A DNA stretch of 64,000 nt from Collinsella aerofaciens. GTDB lineage: Bacteria; Actinomycetota; Coriobacteriia; Coriobacteriales; Coriobacteriaceae. The notes under the pieces were generated by a model. The model was not told the DNA's origin, did no database searches, and worked only from the letters and a program-made list of their open reading frames with translations. Location of the stretch: contig JAXJET010000034.1 of the NCBI GenBank assembly GCA_036301285.1, positions 841 to 64,840 of the forward strand. Reading direction: 5' to 3'. A program made the position numbers and the translations under genes. Positions within the stretch are counted from its first letter, which is position 1; each line of letters starts with the position of its first letter. This document shows positions 57,549-64,000 of the stretch, one piece after another.

Positions 57549-60176
57549 CTATTCGGCGTCGGGGACCTCATAGGTGGCCGCCGGCGTGTTGTCGCACACG
57601 ACGGTAAAGCCGCCGTCCTTGTCGGCATCGACCGTCACCTGATCGCCCTCGCGCACCGTGCCGTCGATGATAGCGGCGGCGATGGCATCCACGACCTCGC
57701 GCTGAACCAGACGCTTGAGCGGACGGGCGCCAAAGACCGGGTCCAGGCCGCCCACGGCGAGCATCTGCTTGGCCGCCGGGGTGATGGCAAGCGTCATGCG
57801 CTCCTTGGCCAGACGCGCGCGGACGTTGGCGAGCTGGATGTCGACGATCTTCTCGATCTGCGCCATACCGAGCGGATGGAACACCACGATATCGTCGATA
57901 CGGTTGAGGAACTCGGGGCGGAAGGTCTGAGCCATGGCAGCGTCGACCTGATGGCGCATCTCCTCCTCGTCCTTACCGGACAGATCGGCGATGGCCTTGG
58001 AGCCCACGTTGGACGTCATGATGATAATCGTGTTCTTGAAGGACACCTGGCGACCCTGGCCATCGGTCAGACGACCGTCATCAAGCACCTGCAACAGCAC
58101 GTTAAAGACATCCGGATGAGCCTTCTCCATCTCGTCGAGCAAGATCACAGAGTACGGACGACGGCGCACGGCCTCGGTGAGCTGGCCGCCCTCGTCGTAG
58201 CCCACGTATCCCGGGGGCGCACCAATCAGACGCTGGACGCTGAACTTCTCCATATACTCGGACATGTCGATACGCACGAGCGCGCGCTCGTCATCGAACA
58301 GGCACTCGGCCAGCGCCTTGGCGAGCTCGGTCTTGCCCACGCCGGTGGGGCCCAGGAAGAAGAAGCTGCCGATGGGCTTGTCCGGATCGGAGAGGCCCGC
58401 ACGGCTGCGGCGCACGGCCGCGGCAACGGCGGAGACGGCCTCATCCTGACCGATGACGCGCTTATGCAGCTCGCCCTCCAGGCCTTTGAGCTTGTCGAGC
58501 TCGCCCTGCATCATCTTGGACACGGGCACGCCGGTCCAGGCGCTCACGACCTCGGCGATCTCATCGGAGGTCACCTGCTCGTTGAGGCCCTCGCCGTCCT
58601 GCTGCTTTTGCGCCTCGAGCGCGGCCTCGGAATCCTGAATCTGCTGCTGCAGGCCCGGAATCACGGAGTAGCGCAGCTCGGACGCACGACCCAAATCGCC
58701 GTTGCGCGTCGCACGCTCCTCCTCGCTCTTGGCCTCGTCAAGCTGGCTCTTAAGCTCCTGCACGTGGTCGATGGCGTTCTTCTGGTTGAGCCAGCCGGCC
58801 TTTTGCACGTTGAGTTTTTCCTGGACCTCGGCAATCTCCTGGCACAGGGCCTCCAGACGCTCCTTGGAGGCGTCGTCGGTCTCCTTCATGAGCGCCTGTT
58901 CCTCGATCTGCAGCTGAGTGAGCTGACGCGTGGTGGCGTCGATCTCGACCGGCATGCTGTCGAGTTCCATGCGCAGGCGGCTTGCCGCCTCATCGACCAG
59001 ATCGATGGCCTTGTCGGGCAGGAAGCGGTCGGCGATGTAGCGATCGGAGAGGTCGGCAGCTGCCACGAGCGCGCTATCGGTGATATGCACACCGTGGAAG
59101 ATCTCGTACTTCTCCTTGAGGCCACGCAGGATCGAAATGGTGTCCTCGACGGTAGGCTCGCTCACCATAACGGTCTGGAAACGACGGGCGAGCGCCGCGT
59201 CCTTCTCGATGTACTTGCGGTATTCGTCGAGCGTGGTCGCGCCGATCGCGTGCAGGTCGCCACGGGCGAGCGCCGGCTTGAGGATGTTGCCGGCGTCCAT
59301 GGAGCCCTCGGTGGCACCCGCGCCCACGATGGTGTGGAGCTCATCGATGAACAGGATGACCTTGCCCTCGGACTTCTGGACTTCCTTGAGTACGGCCTTC
59401 AAGCGGTCCTCGAACTCGCCGCGGTACTTGGCGCCGGCGACCAGCGCGCTCATGTCGAGCTCGATAAGGTCGCGGTCGCGCAGGGTGCTCGGCACGTCGC
59501 CGGCCACGATACGCTGGGCGATGCCCTCGACGATGGCCGTCTTGCCGACGCCCGGCTCACCGATGAGCACGGGGTTGTTCTTGGTGCGACGGGACAGGAC
59601 CTGGATGGTGCGGCGAATCTCATCGGTACGGCCGATGACCGGGTCGAGCTTGCCGGCGCGGGCCAGATCGCAGATGTTGCGACCGTACTGCTCCAGTGCC
59701 TCAAACTGAGTCTTGTCCTCGGCAGACGTCACGCGGTCATCGCCACGCAGCTCCTCGTAGACTTGCTCGATGCGCTCCTTGGTGACGCCGGCGTCGCGCA
59801 GCACGCGGCCCGCCTCGCCCTTGTCCTCGGCAAGCGCCATCAGCAGATGCTCAGTCACCACAAAGCTGTCGCCCATCTTGGTGGCCTTCTTCTCGGCCTT
59901 CTCGATGACGCGGACGAGCTCGTTGGACAGGCCCATCTGCTGGCCCTCGCCCGAAACCTTGGGCGCGTGGTCGATGGCATCCTGTGTGGAGCGTGCGAGC
60001 TGAGCCGGGTCGGCACCGATGCGCTCGATGATCACGGAGATATTGCGCTCGCCGGCACCGAGCAGGGCAGACAGCAGATGAATCGGCTCCACCGCGCCGG
60101 CCTGCACGTCAGCGGCCGTGCTCATGGCGGTCTGCAGCGCCTCGCGCGACGTCATTGCTAGCTTATCGATTCTCAT
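57549..60176 (-). CDS. clpB: ATP-dependent chaperone ClpB
   Basis: 875 aa with two AAA+ modules (GEPGVGKT and GPTGVGKT), a long coiled-coil middle domain, and a Clp N-domain. Confidence 0.95.
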   Translation of the reverse strand: MRIDKLAMTSREALQTAMSTAADVQAGAVEPIHLLSALLGAGERNISVIIERIGADPAQLARSTQDAIDHAPKVSGEGQQMGLSNELVRVIEKAEKKATKMGDSFVVTEHLLMALAEDKGEAGRVLRDAGVTKERIEQVYEELRGDDRVTSAEDKTQFEALEQYGRNICDLARAGKLDPVIGRTDEIRRTIQVLSRRTKNNPVLIGEPGVGKTAIVEGIAQRIVAGDVPSTLRDRDLIELDMSALVAGAKYRGEFEDRLKAVLKEVQKSEGKVILFIDELHTIVGAGATEGSMDAGNILKPALARGDLHAIGATTLDEYRKYIEKDAALARRFQTVMVSEPTVEDTISILRGLKEKYEIFHGVHITDSALVAAADLSDRYIADRFLPDKAIDLVDEAASRLRMELDSMPVEIDATTRQLTQLQIEEQALMKETDDASKERLEALCQEIAEVQEKLNVQKAGWLNQKNAIDHVQELKSQLDEAKSEEERATRNGDLGRASELRYSVIPGLQQQIQDSEAALEAQKQQDGEGLNEQVTSDEIAEVVSAWTGVPVSKMMQGELDKLKGLEGELHKRVIGQDEAVSAVAAAVRRSRAGLSDPDKPIGSFFFLGPTGVGKTELAKALAECLFDDERALVRIDMSEYMEKFSVQRLIGAPPGYVGYDEGGQLTEAVRRRPYSVILLDEMEKAHPDVFNVLLQVLDDGRLTDGQGRQVSFKNTIIIMTSNVGSKAIADLSGKDEEEMRHQVDAAMAQTFRPEFLNRIDDIVVFHPLGMAQIEKIVDIQLANVRARLAKERMTLAITPAAKQMLAVGGLDPVFGARPLKRLVQREVVDAIAAAIIDGTVREGDQVTVDADKDGGFTVVCDNTPAATYEVPDAE

Positions 60177-60352
60177 GGAATCACCTCTCTTGGGGCGGCC
60201 GCCCTACGGGGCGGCTTCACGTTGTTCGAGAAGTATTGTTGCCAGCTTTGCGCGATCTTATACACAAATCTAAGTCTCTATATATAAGATTTTCTGAGTG
60301 ATTAAGAGATAGGGGTAAAGATGTCGGCCCGCCGCCGCACAGGTGCGCTACC

Positions 60353-60570
60353 GTCTCAATCTGTAACATCTATCGACCGTTTCTGGCTCCAGATGTTACA
60401 AATCGAGACGAATTGTTCAGCGGCACCCGTTTGTCTCAATCTGTAACATCTACTCGGCAAATAGAGCTCTATCTGTTACAAATCGAGACGAACAGAAGAC
60501 ACCCGAATCGAAAATCTAAATCTGTAACACCAGGCCCACTTTTAGCGGCCAAGATGTTACAAGTCGAGAC
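60353..60570. repeat. Three tandem ~80-bp units, each an inverted-repeat pair GTCTCAATCTGTAACATCT / AGATGTTACAAATCGAGAC
   Basis: Unit 1 arms are at 60353-60371 and 60391-60409. Unit 2 arms are at 60433-60451 and 60471-60489. Unit 3 is degenerate, with arms at about 60509-60530 and 60552-60570. The array lies 180-400 bp upstream of the clpB start. Confidence 0.85.
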
Positions 60571-60602
60571 AAACCGAGAACCACCACAAAGGTGCCTGTC
60601 CC

Positions 60603-60695
60603 CTTTGTGGTGATCCAGAGAAGAATCAGCCCCGATTAAAAGAGGCGGCATCAAGCCCAGTCTACGTTTGGCGATCCCAAAACCCAACGAGAACG
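60603..60695. repeat. Left copy of a bipartite direct repeat (CTTTGTGGTGATCC ... AACCCAACGAGAACG)
   Basis: It matches CTTTGTGGTGGTCC (61730) and GACCCAACGAGAACG (61768). The two copies flank the orphan gene at 61063..61710. Confidence 0.6.
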
Positions 60696-61062
60696 CAGCG
60701 ATGGAATCGAGAACCGACAATAGCCCGTTCGCACAGATAGAGGCGGAGATTCAAGGTCAGAGTCCGACTTAAACGGCTTAGCTATCGCACGTCACAACGT
60801 TCTCGTCGTCCTCCCTATCGTATTTATAGTGCTTACTGTGAAAAGAGTGAGTTTAGTGAGAATAGTATCGCTCAAGACTCGTGGACTGAATTATTGACCT
60901 CTCGCCCAGAATGAGTGGGGCAAATATTCCTATTAGAGGTCAAATCGAAGCCCAATAGGGCCTTTTCGCCCCGTCATTTCGACCGATCGCTTTCTTTTGA
61001 ATATTGTCGTAAGCTGGTATCACTTATCTTAATGAATGCATACTGTTTGCGAGGTACCCGCC

Positions 61063-61710
61063 GTGAAACGCTCCACCTATATCGGCCTGCTCGTCTTAGC
61101 GTTTGCGATTACCGCAGTCGGCGTAGGAATTATCTATCTCGCATTTCTCCCCGCCTCTGCGACGCAGGCGGCGGTTGAGACCGTAAGCTATCCCATCGAG
61201 GTCCTCACCGATATCGTCAAACCCGATTCGATCACCGTCGATTTTGACGGTACGCCCGCAGCACTTGGGGTCAGCAACTATCCCCGTATCGAACTTGGGG
61301 CCAGGCGCTACACCAAAGATGAACAGCTTATCGGCAAGGCAACCAGTTTACTCAAAGGCAAGACGTTTAAGCGGTGGTACGGCGCCGCAACATATCGAGC
61401 CAAGAATGGCCAAATGGTTGGCGGGTATTATTCGACCCTTGAGCTCGATGCGGCAAACGGGAGCAGATTGTGCAACGTCTCATACGACCCCGGCTACGTG
61501 GACAATGAAGGACCGGGGGTCTATATCTCGGATGGCGACGTAATCTACGTCATGGAGGGCGACCAGACGGCAGTCGTCGATTTTATGGATCGGTGTACCG
61601 AAGATGCCTACGAACAAACTTGCGAGCCCGATCCGCAGACAGCGCGCAACAGTGGCTCGGCACGCACTTGGCTATTTGACGATGAAATAACCTGGACCCC
61701 ATCGAAATAA
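61063..61710 (+). CDS. Hypothetical membrane-anchored or secreted protein (orphan)
   Basis: The start is either the GTG at 61063 (VKRSTYIGLLVLAFAITAVGV...) or the ATG at 61036. There is an N-terminal signal anchor. I recognise no family, and the surrounding region has lower GC. Confidence 0.5.
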   Translation: MKRSTYIGLLVLAFAITAVGVGIIYLAFLPASATQAAVETVSYPIEVLTDIVKPDSITVDFDGTPAALGVSNYPRIELGARRYTKDEQLIGKATSLLKGKTFKRWYGAATYRAKNGQMVGGYYSTLELDAANGSRLCNVSYDPGYVDNEGPGVYISDGDVIYVMEGDQTAVVDFMDRCTEDAYEQTCEPDPQTARNSGSARTWLFDDEITWTPSK

Positions 61711-61729
61711 GGACCCGCCGGGCAGGCAA

Positions 61730-61782
61730 CTTTGTGGTGGTCCCGGTCAATTATTAGCGCCCCTCAAGACCCAACGAGAACG
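61730..61782. repeat. Right copy of the bipartite direct repeat
   Basis: See 60603..60695. The spacer between the two halves is shorter here (about 25 nt versus about 65 nt). Confidence 0.6.
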
Positions 61783-61791
61783 TCGCGGTAG

Positions 61792-61860
61792 CCCCTGCCA
61801 CACCTTTCCCTCGGGCGACCCTCGCGAAGCGCGTGAGCACGAGGGAAAGGTGTGGCAGGG
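61792..61860. terminator. Perfect 22-bp inverted repeat between convergent genes (orphan gene and aconitase)
   Basis: CCCCTGCCACACCTTTCCCTCG (61792-61813) pairs with CGAGGGAAAGGTGTGGCAGGGG (61839-61860). No U-tract follows on either side. Confidence 0.55.
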
Positions 61861-61873
61861 GCGTACAGCAGAG

Positions 61874-64000
61874 TTACTCGGCAGCGGCCTTGAACTTGTT
61901 GTAGTTGATCAAGCAGCCGGCCTTGACGATGGCACGCTCCTCTGCCGTCATATCGGCAATGTAGAGCTCAATCTGCTCAACCGCACCGTCGGCGCGCACC
62001 ACGTAGGCAGCGATGTTCTTCAGGTCGCCATCGAGCGCGGCACGGATACCCGGCACAAAGACGTAGTCGCCCACCTCAAAGTTGGGCTCCGCCTCCATCT
62101 GGAAGGGCACCATGCCCCAGTTCATCACGTTGGAGCGATAGCGCTTGGTGGCGTACTCGTGGACGATGTTGGCCAGGCCGCCAATCACGCGCTGGCAGCT
62201 CGCGGCCTGCTCGCGGGCGGAACCGTCGCCGGGCTTCTTGGCATAGAGCATAGAGCCGTACTCGGTCGCCTTGGCATCGGCCGTGACACCCGCGCCGGCC
62301 AGTGCCTCAAACACGCTGGCAAGCTCAGCATCGAGTGCCGCCAGGTCGCCCGCGGCCTCGCCGGCAACGCGGCGCTTTTCCACCGCGTCGACCTCCTTGG
62401 AGCGGCCCACGTAGGCCGGGTCGCGGCGGCTGAGCGTAAACTCGGCCAGGCCCAGCGGGTTGGAGCGGAAGGAGCTCGTCTCGCCCGAGGGAATGAGCTC
62501 GTCGGTCGTGGTGACCGGGTCCATGATCTTGGAGCACACCTTGAGCAGGATGTCGTCGCCGAGAGGCTCCATCGCGGGCCACGGCTTGATGTTGGGGCCC
62601 TCGACCAGCTCGTCGGCAGGCTCCGCCTTGCCAAAGCCCCAGTACACGCGCTTTTTGTACGGCGCGTCGTCAAAGGTGTACTCGCAGGCCTCGTCCCAAG
62701 TCTCCTCGGGCAGGTCGGTCGCCGGCGTCAGGACGCCGCCGTTGGCAGCCGTCGCCGCAATGGAGCGGGCGTCCATCAGGGCTACGGCACTCAGCTGGCC
62801 ATTACCCGGCTTGGAACCCTCGCGGTTGGGGAAATTGCGCGTGGTGTGGCGGATCGAAAGGCCATTGTTGGCGGGCGTGTCGCCGGCGCCGAAGCACGGG
62901 CCGCAGAACGCCGTGCGCACAATCGCGCCGGCCTCCATAAGGTCGTAGATGTAGCCGCGGCGTGTAAGCTCGAGTGCCACGGGCTGGCTCGTGGGATAGA
63001 CCGACAGCGAGAACTCGCCGCAGCCGGTGTTGGCGCCCTTAAGCACGCGGGCAGCCTGGACCACGGAGTCGTAGTTGCCGCCCGAGCAGCCGGCGATAAC
63101 GCCCTGCTGCACGTGCAGCTTGCCGTCGATGATCTTGTCGAGCAGGCTAAAGTGCGTCTTGCCCTCGCCGATCTTGGCGGCCTCGAGCTCCACCTCGCGC
63201 AGGATGTCCTCGAGGTTCTCGTTGAGCTCGTCGATCTCAAAGCCGTTGGAAGGATGGAATGGCAGCGCAATCATGGGCTTGATGCTCGACAGATCGACCT
63301 CGACGCAGCCGTCGTAGTAGGCAACATCGGCGGGCTTGAGCTCGCGGTAGTCGTCGCCGCGGCCGTGCATGGTCAAAAACGCGTGCGTGTCCTCGTCGGT
63401 GGCCCAGATGCTCGACAGGCAGGTGGTCTCGGTGGTCATGACATCGACGCCATTGCGGTAGTCGGTCGTCATGCTCGCGATGCCGGGGCCCACAAACTCC
63501 ATGACCTTGTTCTTAACGTAGCCCTTGGCAAAGACGGCGCGGATGATGGCGAGCGCCACGTCGTGCGGGCCGACGCCGGGGCGCGGGGCGCCCGTGAGGT
63601 AGATGGCGACGACACCGGGATAGGCGACGTCGTAGGTGTCGCGCAGCAGTTGCTTTGCCAGCTCGCCACCACCCTCGCCCACGGCCATGGTGCCCAGGGC
63701 GCCGTAGCGGGTGTGCGAGTCGGAGCCCAGGATCATCTTGCCGCAACCGGCGAAGTTCTCGCGCATAAAGGAGTGGATGACGGCGATGTGCGGCGGAACG
63801 AAAATGCCGCCGTACTTCTTGGCAGCCGAGAGGCCAAAGACGTGGTCGTCCTCGTTGATGGTGCCGCCCACGGCACACAGGGAGTTATGGCAGTTGGTGA
63901 GCACGTAGGGCAGCGGGAACTGCTCCATGCCCGAGGCGCGCGCCGTCTGGATGATGCCGACAAAGGTGATGTCGTGGCTCGCCATGGCGTCGAAGCGAAT
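61874..64000 (-). CDS. Aconitate hydratase (aconitase family), with the 5' end outside the window
   Basis: Motifs GSDSHT, CGPCFG and NREGS, plus a C-terminal swivel domain. The reading frame stays open upstream of the ATG at 63985 (..[10 protein letters not shown]), so the N-terminus probably lies beyond position 64000. Confidence 0.85.
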   Translation of the reverse strand: MRFDAMASHDITFVGIIQTARASGMEQFPLPYVLTNCHNSLCAVGGTINEDDHVFGLSAAKKYGGIFVPPHIAVIHSFMRENFAGCGKMILGSDSHTRYGALGTMAVGEGGGELAKQLLRDTYDVAYPGVVAIYLTGAPRPGVGPHDVALAIIRAVFAKGYVKNKVMEFVGPGIASMTTDYRNGVDVMTTETTCLSSIWATDEDTHAFLTMHGRGDDYRELKPADVAYYDGCVEVDLSSIKPMIALPFHPSNGFEIDELNENLEDILREVELEAAKIGEGKTHFSLLDKIIDGKLHVQQGVIAGCSGGNYDSVVQAARVLKGANTGCGEFSLSVYPTSQPVALELTRRGYIYDLMEAGAIVRTAFCGPCFGAGDTPANNGLSIRHTTRNFPNREGSKPGNGQLSAVALMDARSIAATAANGGVLTPATDLPEETWDEACEYTFDDAPYKKRVYWGFGKAEPADELVEGPNIKPWPAMEPLGDDILLKVCSKIMDPVTTTDELIPSGETSSFRSNPLGLAEFTLSRRDPAYVGRSKEVDAVEKRRVAGEAAGDLAALDAELASVFEALAGAGVTADAKATEYGSMLYAKKPGDGSAREQAASCQRVIGGLANIVHEYATKRYRSNVMNWGMVPFQMEAEPNFEVGDYVFVPGIRAALDGDLKNIAAYVVRADGAVEQIELYIADMTAEERAIVKAGCLINYNKFKAAAE

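Noticed and set aside
60177-60352. A HAIR (HspR) or CIRCE (HrcA) operator in the clpB upstream region.
   Set aside because: I could not find CTTGAGT-N7-ACTCAAG or TTAGCACTC-N9-GAGTGCTAA. Only a weak AT-rich inverted repeat (CTTATATA...TGTATAAG) is present, and it is too degenerate to call.
60353-60570. A possible CRISPR array, considered because of regularly spaced repeats.
   Set aside because: There are only three units. Each is an inverted-repeat pair rather than a direct repeat separated by unique spacers. The period is 80 bp with 19-nt arms, and the window holds no cas genes or leader-like context.

Overview
High-GC window, by eye about 60-65% GC with lower-GC pockets. Gene content suggests a saccharolytic anaerobic actinobacterium, probably Coriobacteriia, but that placement is inference only. 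I support about 46 protein-coding genes and one tRNA. Most long ORFs on the strand opposite these genes are high-GC shadow ORFs.

Gene content in order:
- Two paralogous LytS-like kinase / LytTR regulator pairs. One is translationally coupled to a GT2-like glycosyltransferase; the other lies downstream of an APC permease and an amidohydrolase.
- A cellobiose-type PTS (EIIA, EIIB, EIIC), a GH1 6-phospho-beta-glucosidase and a PRD-domain regulator.
- A carbamate kinase with no arcA or arcB nearby, and a pyruvate:ferredoxin oxidoreductase.
- A three-gene module: membrane-anchored unknown protein, Ser/Thr kinase, FHA protein.
- recR, ybaB and dnaX, with the cluster interrupted by an opposite-strand orphan gene.
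- The actinobacterial cell-wall signalling cluster: kinase, fhaA, fhaB, PP2C phosphatase, a single-ORF RodA-PBP2 fusion, and PASTA kinase pknB.
- tRNA-Arg(CCU).
- A mannose-family PTS (IIAB, IIC, IID) plus a DUF956 gene.
- hypA, a 925-aa GltD-like Fe-S/FAD oxidoreductase, and a divergent TetR regulator.
- clpB and a partial aconitase that runs off the 3' edge.

I found no canonical defence system, CRISPR array, transposase or prophage.

The most unusual content is non-coding. Several families of structured intergenic repeats occur here:
- 61-62 bp tandem hairpin units.
- Modules rich in GGGGAC motifs.
- AGTTGCGGTG-ended palindromes.
- An 80-bp-period triple hairpin array upstream of clpB.

These repeats bracket the cellobiose cassette and sit at the borders of low-GC orphan genes. 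Among proteins, the candidates worth follow-up are the uncharacterised kinase/FHA module with an atypical catalytic loop, the RodA-PBP2 fusion, and the glycosyltransferase coupled to a two-component system. All functional calls rest on motifs read in the translations; no database search was run.
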